Part shown: in pieces, positions 36,021-50,451 of the stretch | Layout: every line of letters starts with the position of its first letter | Position numbering within the stretch: the stretch's first letter is position 1 | Source: Eledone cirrhosa | Taxonomy: Eukaryota | DNA: 64,000 bases | Assembly: GCA_964016885.1 (NCBI GenBank) | Contig: OZ024743.1 | Coordinates: forward strand, 31,806,001-31,870,000 | Reading direction: 5' to 3' | Made by a program: the position numbers and the translations under genes | Notes under the pieces: model-generated | What the model was told of the DNA's origin: nothing | Databases searched by the model: none | Seen by the model: only the letters and a program-made list of their open reading frames with translations

Positions 36021-37264
36021 TATATATATAAAGCATAACAAAATATCGTTATAGTTAATCCAATTAGAGGTTGTGAATACATCTTATTATTGATAGTTTT
36101 AGCGTACGGTGTTGCTTGACTCAACAAGAGGTTTACGTAGATGACGAGTTTATGATTTCACTTGTATTCCTATGTAAGTTTATCTTGGAGTAATAACATT
36201 GAAAAAGTGGTGAATAACATGGTCAACAGTACAAAAAAGGGGATTTATTTGCAGTCTAACAATTGTTGCACTGATAGAGTTGTCTAAAAATTGCTGAACA
36301 CTAAAAGCAGTGCCACTCAATTTTAAATACAATGTTAACTTTATTAGATCTTCGGAAACTGTTAAAAATATATATATGTAACCGGCAAATTTACAAATTC
36401 AGATTACATCATCAATAATAATATTAATAATAAAGATATATAGAGAGAAGGGGGAATAAAGGGAGATAGACTCAGTCAAGAAAGAAAGGAAAGGAAGGAG
36501 GAAGAAGAAGAAGGAAAATAAAAATAAAAGGAGAAAGAAGAAGAAAAAGGAGAAATTGTTATAGATAGAAATATGAAGAGAAGATTTATAGATCATGGTA
36601 GATAGAGGTGAGACACACATAACTATAAATAAATGAATAAACGTTACAACATGAATAAATGTAAATTAAAATAAAAGTAGATATATGAAATATATATGAA
36701 AAAATATATTAAAAAATATATAAGAATTGATAAATAAATAAATAAGTAAATAAATAAATAAATAAATAAGTTATATCTAATGTGATATAAAATGGTTTTA
36801 AAATGTGAAAAATTAAGAATAAAAATAAATATGCAAAAGGAGTAAAAAGAGTAAAAATGTGCGAAGAATATTTAAACATATTAAAGTTATTAAGAATGGA
36901 TTTTGAGAATTGTTGAAATATATGGAGAGATAATAATGTGAAAATATGATAATGTTAAATATATTTATGTGCGTATTGGTTGTTTTAATAAATAAATTAA
37001 TAATACAATAAATTAATGATAAAATAAAATGACAGAGATGAAATAAATTTAGGGAGAGAAATATAAAGATAAAGAGTGAAAAATAGAGATATATAAAATA
37101 AGAATGTAAATATAAGAGGTTTTGATGTTGTTCTTTGATAGATGATGACAATTATAATTATAATTATAATTATAATTATAATTATAATGATGATGATGTT
37201 GATAATGTGATATCATAATAGATCCAAGTGGTACAATCTGGGTTATGGAATAGATAAGATGGAA

Positions 37265-38735
37265 TTAAGCTGGTCTAAAGTTCTCCAATTTAGTCGTCGA
37301 TTTATGTCGACAAAAAATAGTTTTTTCAATTTTACTGTTAAGAAGATTTTTGTTGTCATTTAAAATTTGGAAAAGTTCCATATTACAGAGACCGCAGTGG
37401 GACATACCAATTTGATATGCCTTTGCTCAAGATAGCTTTGTCCAGCTGATTTTATATTCCATGTTTGCATCTTTGAGTGGCCAGATTTTATTGGTGAGAG
37501 TCGTTGTCTTTGAGAGATTCCTGTTAGTCATAGAGTGTCTATGTACGTACCGCTCTTTCTTAAACTCCCCAGCTGTGGAACCAATGTAATGCCATGCTAA
37601 GCTATCTGAATTTATAGGACATAGGTATACTATATTTGATAGTTCTTCTATTAAAGATTTTATGATATTTATGAATTTTAGGGAAATGTTTGTCAACTAA
37701 TTTGAAGAAAGTGTAAGGTAGCTTAGTTTTTATAGAGGAGTTAAACATTGAATTGAAACATAAGTAGTTTCTATTTCTGTATCTTCTATATTTATTAGTG
37801 GTCTTTGTATTAGTATTCTGTTCCTTTAATTTACGTGCTTGTTGCCAATTTTTATGTTTAGTCCTAGGTTTGTTGTTTCTATAGGTGTGGATGGTACTAT
37901 TAATATTAAGTGTGTTGTTATTTTTGTATCTGCTATGTATTTGAGTCTCTCTTTATGGCCTCCCTTATGTAAAGCTATGTTGTAGTAGTTAGCGTGTTCA
38001 TTAAACATTTCTATGTTAGAAGATAGGCGCGAGATTCTAAGGGATATACTATGTGCTATGGAGTTAATTATGGATAGAGGGTGATTAGAGTTATTATCAA
38101 TGTAAGCTAAATTTTCATTATTTTTATGGATGGGTTATATTAGTCCTGAATTAAGGTTGAGCGATACATCTAAGAAGTTACCTTTTTTAGAGTTGGGTTC
38201 AAAAGTGATGTTAAGGCCTAAATTATTAAAGAATGTTCTAATCGTTTTCCTTAATCCTTCTAAGTTTTGATTATTTAAGTTTTTAGCTAAAAGTAGTGTA
38301 TCGTCTCTATAGATTCCTCCTTGTAGGTTATTAAATTCCCTATGTAAGAAATGTGCTATATAAATTCCAACAATTTGTGCTGAATCATTTGATCCCATAG
38401 TTATATCGAAGTTATTCTGTCTATTTTTTCCCAGTAACTATTGTCGAATTTAATTATTGTTCTTCTAGCAGCTAGTATTATTTTAATTTCATCTGGTGAA
38501 AGCTCAGAGTTTTTTGTGCAAAGGATAGTGCCTTCTCTATTGCCTAATTTATTAAACCAATCTATTGCTTCATTTGTGTTACCCCAGAGCTTGATTATTA
38601 GTTGTTCTTTAATTTGTGGTATTATTCTATCTAATATAAACTTGCTAATTCTGCTTATATCTGATTTTGATGGACATATTACCATTGAGTACTCAAACTG
38701 GTTAACCGTCAGGAACTGAATGTTACACACCATTA
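37265..38735 (-). pseudogene. decayed Penelope-like element (Naiad-type) RT + GIY-YIG endonuclease
   Basis: RT motifs MGSNDSAQI..GIYRDD..NFLDVSLNL and SNHP region. GIY-YIG motifs NIVY..YIGST..KIW.LK..ISW, C.LC..E, LLN..CRH. Stops, frameshifts and deletions. Confidence 0.85.
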
Positions 38736-39149
38736 CACTATATATATACTCGTATATTTTATTTATTTCATATAACTCAGTCTCAATACCAGATGGTTAA
38801 TAAAATATGTTCTGTTTCCCAAAATATTTAAACCAACATAACATAATTGGAATATATCATCGATCCTGATATTACTGACGTGTGTTTGTATGTATATTTG
38901 TGTGTTCAAGCAGAATTAGAACACGGACTTTATAATTGCAAAGATTAATAATCGTGGCTGAATCAGGCGCAACTCCATACACATTTTGGAAAACAACAGT
39001 CATTTATATCCTCACAAGTTCTCTGTTAATGTATCGACCACAGAAAAAAGAAACATTTTAATTTACTCAGATTGGCATCTCCAGTGCGGCGTATTTGCGC
39101 GAATGTATCTGTTTTGAGATGGGTTTCAGATGTATGCAGATGTAAATAA

Positions 39150-39965
39150 GGAGGACAGCTTTATCTGAGGGAAGGTATGGGATTAGTAAAGTAGGTCGGA
39201 TGTGCTAATTGGAAAACTTAATTGTTTCTCACCATACAAGCGATGGAGAATGATACCACAAAAATCGAGATGTAGATATGGATGTAGAATAGAATATAAA
39301 TAATGGAGTACACTCAGAGAGGTGCTTTCTTTTTGCTTCAAAAATGTAACAGATTATGCAGAGATGATGATATAGAATTTTGTTAAATAAAATATTTTCT
39401 TTGTGATACAGTTGAAACGGTTAGCGATATAGTAAAAAACGTATGTTCATGTGAACTGGAAGTAGATGGAAATATAATGTAGTGTATTGACTATGGGTTG
39501 TGCGGTTGTGAGAGTGTAGGACTTGCGTACGATGAAGTGCAAGGGTTCTTTGTTATACAAGGGTATCACCGAATGGCAGATCATGGTATTCTAAGGTGTT
39601 AAAGTGATGTCGAAGCGCTTTAATTTGTACAATGTCATATTTATCCCAAGTATACCAGCTATCCAGGGAGATAGTTGTCAACTGAGGAATGTTGGTCGAA
39701 TAAGATATCAACATTTTTTCCTGATCCCAGTTAAATTATTGTGAAAAATGTTTCGCTGTTATATATTTTTTATAAATCTATTCACATCAATTTCAAGTTT
39801 AATTGTGTCTTAATAGAGGACCTTTCGCTGATAGTTATAATAATGAAATATTACTTAGATAATGCTTGACCTTCTTAGAAAAAAGAAGGACAAATTACAT
39901 GATCAGTCTTAGATAATCTTTTTAAAAGGGTGGTCATAACAGGTACGCCTTTGGCCAAGCCTTTA
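39150..39965 (-). mobile_element. very degenerate LINE RT remnant (CR1/L2/Jockey-like)
   Basis: Only faint GVP.., LGI and Y.AQV-like traces on the minus strand. Many stops. Confidence 0.35.
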
Positions 39966-40025
39966 CATAATCAGAGTTGTTCTGGTGGAAGATAGCAATA
40001 AAACCAACAATATTGGTTTTAGATT

Positions 40026-40335
40026 CATCATCATCCTCATCATCTCCATCATGAGACTTTTACGTCCGCTTTCCAAGTGTGGACTGGTTGCTACGGTCCG
40101 AGACAAGATGGGTCAAAGAAAACTCAAGATTCTCGGGTTTTATAATTGGCATCGTTTTCTATGGTTGGATGATATTCCTAAATCCAACCATTTTACAGGA
40201 TGTATTGGGGGCGTTTCCTTTTCTTGCTACAATACTACCACTTTACAGGGTGTACTGCATACGTTTTGTTTTTGTGGGACTGGGACTACCAATCCTACAA
40301 CTTTACATAATGTACTGGGTACGTTTTATCATCGC
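40026..40335 (-). mobile_element. SINE-like element (family S2) with (GAT)n tail and internal triplication
   Basis: (CAT)n then TTTTACGTCCGCTTTCCA..TTTCTATGGTTGGATG..TTCCTAA..CCAACC. Three CA.TTTACA..TGTA.TG repeats. Confidence 0.55.
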
Positions 40336-40469
40336 ATTAACACTAGAGATATTGATACAAGTTCATCTAGACAGAAGAGTCTATTCACACGCTCTAGAGT
40401 ATTGTATCCGTCTAATCATCAAATCTTTAATCCCCATTTGGTGTTGTATTGCTGGTACTGGTCGACTCG

Positions 40470-41150
40470 GTCTTGTGTCATCTACATCGTGAGGCTCATG
40501 TTCCTGAGGATTTTCTTCACAACTTCACCCCGTGTCTTCTTCATTACGTCTCACGTCACCATACCAGCTGAATCGCTTTTATTTCATGCTACATTCAATT
40601 TCTCTTTGGCAATTCTCTCAGATCACTTATGCTCCGCTGTTACACATTCAGCGGATGATGCATGCTTCATATTTATCAGCTATCATAAATCTTCTCCACT
40701 CAGAATCCATGTATTTCTGCCATGTAGCATAGCAATTCAAACAAGAGCATCATATAATCCGACCTTCACTCTGAAAGAGAAACTTTTCGTTGACAGTAGA
40801 AGTAACATTCCCCTGAAACTTTACCACCCTGTTACCACTCTGACTACAGAGCTCCGACACACCCAACTTCCCTCCTAGTAGTGGGGGTTGACTAGATAGC
40901 AAATGGTACCTACTACGAGATCTGTTGAGCTTTCTGATCATTTGTGGTTACTTCATTTGCCGAGTAGCTTTCCTTCTACTCACATATGAAACCTTTTCTG
41001 TCAGCCTACATTTGATCCCATTTCATCTCTTTGTGTCTATTTTCCATACTGGGTACCTAATATGGAGATTCAATCTACTTATCCTCAACATATTCATCAT
41101 GACCATTTATCTAATGGTATCAAAATCCTATCATCTTTCTCACTAAAACC
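40470..41150 (-). mobile_element. RTE-clade LINE RT C-terminal remnant
   Basis: Minus strand RVVTGW*SFRGMLLLLSTKSFSFRVKVGLYDALV*IAMLHG..TW resembles the RTE RT thumb region. Confidence 0.7.
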
Positions 41151-43132
41151 TTACTCTTTGCAAGATTTATATGAAGACCCTTTAATGTCAGATTGTTTCC
41201 ATGTTTGGCACCTCTGATCTAGTTTCCAGTTACAAGAAATCAAATTTGTCTTAATTTATCCCCACTTAACTGATTCGTTGGAAATATTTAAATATGTCAC
41301 CTAAACCTCCATAGTTAATTAATGTATCTAATAATTTAAAGTTAATTGATAACTGACTGACTCATCTGACTAGCTAGATTACGCTGACATATTTACCACC
41401 CCTTCCTCCTGAAACTAATTGAATGTAACATGAAAATGTGACAAAGCAAATAACTATAGATTTAATGCTATCACATTAAACCCAAACCGTATAACCATTT
41501 AAATAATGTAGACTTGTTTTTAGTTTTGTTTTTTCAGTAAAAGCTTTTTATGAAAAAGTGTGTAAACCCTAGAGAATAGGTCAGTACATATATAGTATGT
41601 TTTTAATTGACCTAAGTGTGTCGAAGCTAAATACATTCTGCTGTAATATGGGTTCAAAGAAAATGTGATGTAGCTAATTAACATCTTAAACTATTATATT
41701 ACTTGTTCTATTTTCCAAGTTCAATTTTCACTAGATGTGAATTGGTATCTACCTCCAGATTCTATCAATTTATTACTAGTAATAAGTGGTGCAAATGCAA
41801 TTAACTGGAAAACTTCGATTAATCAAATGAGTCATATATTTGCTTTGATATGCATTTAAAATTATTTGTGTCCCTTTATGACAGGATATTTTTACCCTCT
41901 GAGATCTGGATAGAGAATGTAGAAAATTATATTGGCATCAAGAAGAATTATGGTTTCTAACAAAGCCAAATATTTGTGGCTATGATGCATTTGAGTATAT
42001 TTGACCAGTAGTTGACAGTTATTTATCAGCCGGTACCACGTAAAAATACGAACTCGACAAGATTTACCATAAATCTTGTTGGTAGTTTATACCTTGACTA
42101 AGCACAGAACAATCATGATAATGTTAGTAAACATTTTGGAATGAATAAATAACTTTTAAAAATAACAGACTATCATTTAATTATTATTTGAATAAAAACT
42201 GAATTATGAGACAACATACCTCATGATATTCTCTTCAAGGTTTATGTTTATCATCATACTCCCACGGGTCTATCTTATAAGAACCAGTTGAAAAGTGATG
42301 CTTCTCAAATTTAATACACGGCTTAGTCACACAAACCTACTTTTAGACTTTTAGTATGTTTGGCAGTTTGCCAATATCTTCTTATCATCTCCATTTCACA
42401 TTCAGAGAATTACTGTTCTGTGAGATTTTAACACATTCCTTGTCATCTTCATTGTTGATTAGAAGGTCGGAATAATGTATGTGACTTGCATTGAACAGGT
42501 GGTTTGTACTTTGTGTGTCTGTAATAAAGTCAAACATGTTGTTGTTGGAGGAAACTTATTCTACGTTATTTGGGTTTTGCTAAATCTGGTTCTTGGATAG
42601 ATAATGTACACCAACGTTACAGCGTCGGCCGAAATGCGTTGCGTTATTTTACTCCGGTTAGTTTTGTTCTGATTTCAAATCCCACCCTGGTTAACTTTGC
42701 GTTTCATCTAAAGTATCAAATAGGACAGTGGATTATTTAGATCATAAAAGCGTTGAACTTTATGTCATTCTGTATTTGTACCGTTGGCGTTTCGGGTTCG
42801 CATACCGCTCTAGTCTACATGGAAGGAGAACTTAAACCGTCTCCGGTTTAAACCCGCCACATAGATCTACTCCGTTGAAGGAATTTTTCTGACCAGGTAT
42901 CCGATTTGAAAATAAGTTCCAAGCTCCTTTCGAATTGGCTCCGAAGACGCAGTACCTATTGTAACACTAGTACATCTTTATTCAATTAATAACTAAAGAA
43001 TAAGAATTAGAATATTATAGAGACTTACTCCATAGTAACAAAGAAATGTTAAGAAATTGTCATTCTTCACTTATTCGTTTTCTTCAATCATCATGCTGTG
43101 GATTTTGTATATAAATTGCTTGCATTATTAAA

Positions 43133-43968
43133 GTGGATTGGCGGAGGATTGGCAGTGGATTGGCAGTATCGGTAGAGAGTCGGACGCCATGCTTTCCAGC
43201 ATAGTTACGTCCCTTTACGGTCTGAGTTCAAATCCCGCCGAGGTTAACTTTGCCTTTCATCCTTACGGAGTCGATAAAATAAAGTACCAGTAATGTACTG
43301 GGTAATTGATGGCCTTGTGCCAAAAGTAGAAACAATTATTAAAGTGGATTGGCAGTATCGGTAGAGAGTCGGACGCCATGCTTTCCAGCATAGAGTTACG
43401 TCCCTCTACGGACTGAGTTCAAATCCCGCCCAGTTTAACTTTGCCTCATCCTTACAGGGTCGATAAAATAAAGTACCAGTCACACACTGGGGTCGATTTA
43501 ATCGACTTTCCCCTCCTCCAAAATTGCTGGCCTTGTGCCTATATAAGAAACCATTATTAAGGTGGAATGGCAGTATTGGTAGAATGTTGGACGCCATGTT
43601 TAGCAGTATAGAGTTATTACCCTTTACGCTCTCAGTTCAAATCCCGCAGAGGTTAACTTTGCCTTTCATCCATACGGGGTCGATAAAATAAAGTACCAGT
43701 AATGCACTGGAATAGTGCTGGCCTTGTGCCAAAAGTAGAAACAATTATTAAGGTGGAATGGCAGTATCGGTAGAAGGTCGGACGCCATGCTTAGCAGCAT
43801 AGTGTTATGACCCTTTACGTCCTCAGTTCAAATCCCGCCGAGTTTAACTTTGCCTTTCATCCTTACAGGGTCGATAAAATAAAGTACCACTCACGCACTG
43901 GGGTTGATTTAATCGACTTTCCCTTTTCCCAAAATTGCTGGCCTTGTGCCTATATAAGAAACCATTAT
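43133..43968 (+). mobile_element. four head-to-tail S1 SINEs (short-long-short-long)
   Basis: Units start at ~43155, 43343, 43561 and 43752. Each has A/B boxes and an ATTATT end. Confidence 0.92.
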
Positions 43969-44368
43969 AAATTCTAAATAAAAGTAAGCTTCCAGAAGTT
44001 TTCTTCCATTTTAACTAACCGTAAAGAGAATATCTCTTAAGACATTTCGATTTTGGCCAATTGCCATCTACAACAGGTGGTAGCTGTTCAGGTGACTCTA
44101 ATTCAAATATATTTGTTGATACTTATATAAAAAAAAGTAAAAGATAATATGAGGAGGGAGACAGGATGAAGAGACTCTACATAATAATATGAGTAGTGAT
44201 TTGGCTGTGGTTTGCAGACAGATGGGCGAACGTATTGCCACGGAGAATGGCCCGCTCCAAAAACCATCCAGACTCACAGGACTCTTAACACAGTCAGGCT
44301 GCTGACTTTCTGAATTTGCCGAGGATGCCTGCCGTGCGGGAACCAAGAAAGACTGAGAGATAGATATT

Positions 44369-44522
<154 letters not shown>

Positions 44523-44845
44523 TTGTTAAGGATGGGAATCTGAAGTTTTTTACTTCCAAAAAATTAATTCCTGGTTGTTGCGATATAGCCTCAAGAAGAG
44601 TTACACATATAAAGTATCTATTTCAACTGTATTCATATATTATAAGAGACTGTTAGTGCAGGACGTCACACTCTTACCAAAGGTAAATTTAAATAAGCTA
44701 TAAATTATTTATTTGACTCTCATTAACAGTTTCTGTTTGCACACATAGTATTTACCCTGCTCCCACTCTCACATTATATAGATATATATATATATAAAGA
44801 GAGAGAAGGGGAGACGAGGGGGGATAAGAATGAGTGTATTTGTGT

Positions 44846-44909
<64 letters not shown>

Positions 44910-44913
44910 ACAC

Positions 44914-44950
<37 letters not shown>

Positions 44951-45379
44951 AATAATCGAACGTTTTTTCTTATCAAATATTGTATGTGTTAACTTGTTTA
45001 TTTTTGTTTTGTAGAGCAAATCTATGCTTATTACGAAAAGACGTTTATCAACGTTTTATAGTCTCGGAAACTGTTCCATTGGCCTTTATTAACCATGCGA
45101 ACATCAAAAGATCAGATTTCTGGCTGTTTGATATACGTGTCGGCTATTAAGCTTTTATTTCCTTTCTCTCAGGTTAGCAGAAAACCTATCGGTTACAATA
45201 TTTTTATGTATTCAATGCATATTTTTGTACTTTTATTTCACATTTTTCACTTTGTTGGGAATACAATACGAATTGTTATCATCCCATAAATATTTCATTG
45301 TATAGTAAGATAAGATTAGAAATATATATATATATGTTGTGATTTTTTTTTTTTTTTTACTGTTTGCTGAAGAAGGAAC

Positions 45380-45413
<34 letters not shown>

Positions 45414-45444
45414 GTATATACATATGTGTATATACATATATATG

Positions 45445-45496
<52 letters not shown>

Positions 45497-45498
45497 TA

Positions 45499-45565
<67 letters not shown>

Positions 45566-45580
45566 ATATATATATATTTA

Positions 45581-45623
<43 letters not shown>

Positions 45624-47984
45624 TATATATGTTGATATATACTCTATAAAATTGGCTCAAAGTTCAGAGCCATTTTGTAGACATTGTTGCATTCCATTTT
45701 ACAACGAGTTTATGAACCTAAACAAAAACGTTAGTTAATGTACTGAGCAGAAATGTCAAAGGTACAATGCAGCAGAGAATGAAAGGTTCTGCGTAGAAAT
45801 GTGTGTAATTCTCCTCATTTAAAAACACTTAAATGTTATGATTGATAAGGAGGGTTGATGCTTAATGGCTATTTAACCGGGAGACTGCCCGTTCCTATTC
45901 TATATCCAGTGCTACTTTTTAACGGTTAAGGTCTCATTCCACTTAGCTCCAAGTAAATATTAGTACAGTACATGCTTCAACTGTTATGAATAAGACAATA
46001 ATTTATATACGTTCATGTCTACAATAGTTTATAACTTTGTCTATTAATCCATATGGTGAGCAAATGGGGTCCCTCGTGCTGGCCTCCCCATAGCCCCGGC
46101 GGACAGGATGGAGAAGGCGTTTATTCCACAACACTTACGTTCCACTCATGCGTACGTCGGGTTTGTCATTAATCTCACCTGAATAGGTACTGCAGGCTTC
46201 CATAATGATATAGGTTCACTTGAATAAATATAATCTCAGTCTACAGAAGGATCTCCATTCAAATACGTCGCAGATCATTAGTATGAATTCTACCAGATAG
46301 TAAGTGCTGCAAAGAAGGTATTGCGAGTGAGAGGTCTCAACGTTCTCAATGAAGAAGAAGATAATTGATTTAAGTTATAAAGAGGTGGACAATTGTGTAT
46401 AACTTCAAGGCTCAAATGTAGTCATCACTTAAGTTTCATGCCATTATTTTGTAAATGTGATGCAATTGAAAGAAATATATTTCCCAATGCTTCTATGATT
46501 GACTAAGTCTCAGAAAATATTAGATACTTAATGATAATGAATTTATAACGTTATGGTTTGAGACAAGGAGGGATCAATGCAATCAGTAATACCAACGTAT
46601 ATATTGATGAGGTGGGACATTTATATTTCATTAGTATGAAAGCTAACGGATGTGAACTCTTAACCCTTGTGTTCTTTCTTTGTATCCAATCATTTCGACC
46701 ATAGTAAAAATCAACTGCCACACCATACACAATTTTACTTCCTTGAATTATTACATATGAACAAATATGCCACTGCTTGTCCAGTAATTCAGTACAGTAG
46801 CGTGTCTGTTTGTTCTCAAATAAATATCGTCTGGTCTATTCACGGGCAGATTATTCCAAAATAATTCAGTCTATCCTGTAAATTCTCCATAAATCCTGTC
46901 TGTTACTATGACAACGGCACTATTCCATATATGTTTAGACACACACACCGCGCCAAGGAAGTTATTTATTAAATTAATTCACTTTTGTCTTTGAGTCTTC
47001 ACTTTTGCATAAATAAATTAACGATTAAAGAATGATCTTATGTCTTCAATTTGTTAATTAAATGTTTGCTGTGATCTTGAGCATTCAAACCTCTCCTCTC
47101 GGAAGCTATCTGCTGCTATGGACATATTTAAACAAACGCATAGTTGAACGAAACCTTTTTGCCCATGAACTTCTAACATCTTTTGTTTTCTAAAACAACT
47201 TAATATTTTCTGTGTTGCGGCAATTAAAAGTCAGATGAATTTTGTATTTAATTTCGTTTTTTTTTTTCGTTTTTTTTTCTAATTCAATTTCTTTGTTCTT
47301 TTTTGACGCAAGTTAAATTCAATTTTATATTATTTTTCCTTGTTTTTATAACAAATCAAGCATTTTGCGAAAACAACGGCTGTTCTTGTTCCAAAACGTA
47401 AACAGCATAATCAATAAACTCACAAATTTTGTCGATCGGAAGAAGCACTGAAAAAAATACGCACATGAGGAAAAATTATTTAATGTCTATCAAAATAGTT
47501 TCAAGGCTATATTTCACTTTACTTTCGTAACAATTTAATTTTCTTTCCTTTACTATTGGAATCTATATATGTATTTAGAATGTATTTTTTGTCTTTTCTC
47601 TCTGAATAATTGTTTATACTTGCGTATTTAAAAGAATTATCTATTAAAAGCTGAGATTCTCTATATTGGGAGATTTGACTTTGTTTTAAATCAGCAAACA
47701 AACATATTTTATTTTGAAAACAATATCAGATGAATCATTTGAAAAAAGAAAGGGGCTAGATCGTTTTCCTTTTGCTGGTCAAGACGGTTAAGACTATGTA
47801 ATATACTTACTTCCAGAAGCATCAGTTGAAATGATGATTGAAAGTTGAGAAAGAGTCCACACCCTCCCACAAATCCCTTAAAATGTTAGATATGAGTTTA
47901 AATGGAAATATGGTGAGTTTCCTATGTAGGTTAAGGTGAGAGCAAACAATGGCCCATTAAATTTACATCATTTTATTGAGTCCT

Positions 47985-48062
47985 TACGGGCTCGATAAAA
48001 TAAAGTACCAGTAATACACTGGGATAATTGGTGGCATTGTGCCAAAAGTAGAAACAATTATT
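47985..48062 (+). mobile_element. S1 SINE 3' fragment
   Basis: CGATAAAATAAAGTACCAG..GTGCCAAAAGTAGAAACAATTA. Confidence 0.8.
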
Positions 48063-48127
48063 TTATTGAGTCGATAGCGCTTATGTGGGCACACACACCT
48101 TAATATATTATATATATATATATATGC

Positions 48128-48224
<97 letters not shown>

Positions 48225-48239
48225 CGTGTGTGTGTGTGT

Positions 48240-48284
<45 letters not shown>

Positions 48285-48899
48285 TGCATATGCGTGCATG
48301 TAGATTCGCATGCATGTAAATGTCTGGATAATTAATTATTAAATAATAATATATCATTGTTATTTCAGTAGTTTCTTTGTTACGTATATTCACAGCACAG
48401 CCGTGCTTTGAGTACATGCATTATTTTGTACTGCAGCAGCTGTTGTGTTTGCTATTTTATTGAATATAGTATACATAATATATGTGTTATGCTTATTCTT
48501 ACTTTGAGAAATACTTCTCATCTATTTTGCACGTGTTATTTTGCTTTTGTCCTTCCCAAGGCAACAGATGTTATGGAAAATCAGATATGGTATGTTACAG
48601 ATCCAAATTATTAAGTAATTACTCAACAGATATACAGACATTTCAGTCTATTTACAGATGTAATTATCGACTTTAATATAAGGAGAATCATTGACGTTTT
48701 CACATTAAAAAAAAAAGATAATTTTTTTATATACAAAATTAGTCTCTAAAAGTCGGTGCAGGCTATTTTCTCAAAGATATATAATTGTAATTTTTAGCAG
48801 CAGCTGTCGTTGTTGTCAATGACGATAAGTGGTAATGATTAATATATATCTATATATTGTAAAGCATATAATTAAATACTGTAACAAAGGCATTTATAT

Positions 48900-49900
48900 A
48901 TAAATGTGTCTGAATTAAATATCTGAATCATATACAAGTTAAGATGGTTTAATACCAGAAAATATTGCTCACATCGTTGGTCACTTCTTTAACATTTTCA
49001 CTAAATCAGGATCTACCTGTCTGTTTCTTGACAGAGCAAGATACATTTGTACATGCACAGACACATCACTTGTAATGAACAAACCTACTTAATGATTGAC
49101 ATTGAGATTTATTGTCTGTCATTGTGAAAGCCTTCAACCTAGATGTAATCACGTACGTGGTTTTAGGTTTTAGGTTAATTATACACATAACGGCCAGTTT
49201 TTTCGTTCTGTCACAATGTGGCACCCATCATGCATTCACATAAACGTATTATCTTAGTAATTCTCTTATTGTAAAATCTAGTAAACTTATTTAAATTTTG
49301 CAACATCTTTACAACACATACCTGATTGAAATTCAAGTACAGTAGGATCACCCCTACATATTTACAGCTCTATTTACACACTCTATTCAATAACTGTACA
49401 AATTGAATACATATAAAACGAAATCGAAAGCTTTTGAAACAAGTGATTTCTCAATCAAATATATTGGTCCTCATTTAGAGAATCAGCAACAATATTTGTA
49501 AAAGATGGTATTTTTTGCCTTTGAGATTGGAAGGATAAAATGAGCAGCAAAAACTTGATGTGTCATTTGATATTCATTTGATACAACTTCAATACTATTT
49601 GGAGGCATAATTTGGCCATCGAAATCCACGTAGTCTCTTTTTTCACCCACACAAATCAGAATATCGTCCTTCAATATGTCTTTTAGATGCTACTATTGGA
49701 AATGTATGCCATGTTCCAATTTCAATTTCTTTCAAAATAGAAGAAATAGACCGTACCCACCTCCACGAAAGCTGCTCTGTCAGCTTTCATTGTGATAAGA
49801 GGTGTATTGTCTTCAAACCAAAATCTAAATCGTTTTACAATCAATTACAAAATGTGTTATCAAACACTTTACAGACATATCGACATTTATGGTGCCTCAT
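48900..49900 (-). mobile_element. possible very old mariner remnant
   Basis: Minus-strand WVPH motif at ~49215-49230 and CVGEKRDYV C-terminal-like peptide. Otherwise unrecognisable. Confidence 0.3.
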
Positions 49901-50261
49901 TCTTAAAGATAAAATTATAGTCGCGAATTATTTTTATCGGATTACTGTCAACATCAATGCTGCAAACAGAAACCATGGCTATACATGCTGGAATACGGAA
50001 TGTATTTAAGGCAGTGTAGCCAGTCATTCCTGTATATTTTAGAGTTAGAACTGTTTGAACGAAACATGCTTTAGCACAGAATAAGTGCAGGGGATCGTCT
50101 TTTAAACAACGATTATAGCATATCCCATGCATATTGTGCAATAAAACCATTTCCAAAAATGTTGTAAATTTCATGGAAAGGCCAAAGAAACTAATATATA
50201 GCAATAATTTACTATCATAAATGTACGTTATTATTCTACTGTTACACAAATAAAACGGGTA

Positions 50262-50451
50262 GTGGATTGGCAGTATCGGTAGAGGGTCGGACGCCATGCT
50301 TTGCAACTTAGAGTTACGGCTCTTTACGTTCTGAGTTCAAATCCCGCCGAGGTTAACTTTGCCTTTCATCCTAACGGGGGTCGATAAAATAAAGTTCCAG
50401 TAACGCACTGGGATAATTGCTGGCCTTGTGCCAAAGGTAGAAACAATTATT
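50262..50451 (+). mobile_element. SINE S1 copy (short type)
   Basis: Full A-box to ATTATT tail. Confidence 0.9.

Noticed and set aside
37427-37429. In-frame TGA in the Naiad-type endonuclease as selenocysteine
   Set aside because: It is not at a Cys position (LS*AKAY, probably CGA>TGA decay), and the copy has many other lesions.
39985-40878. 297-aa plus-strand ORF
   Set aside because: Antisense read-through of SINE and RTE remnants with no recognisable protein.
46050-46200. GC-rich patch (similarly 42780-42970, 44200-44345, 53350-53600) as a ribozyme or gene
   Set aside because: Probably TE UTR/SINE fragments. No complete motif or ORF could be built.
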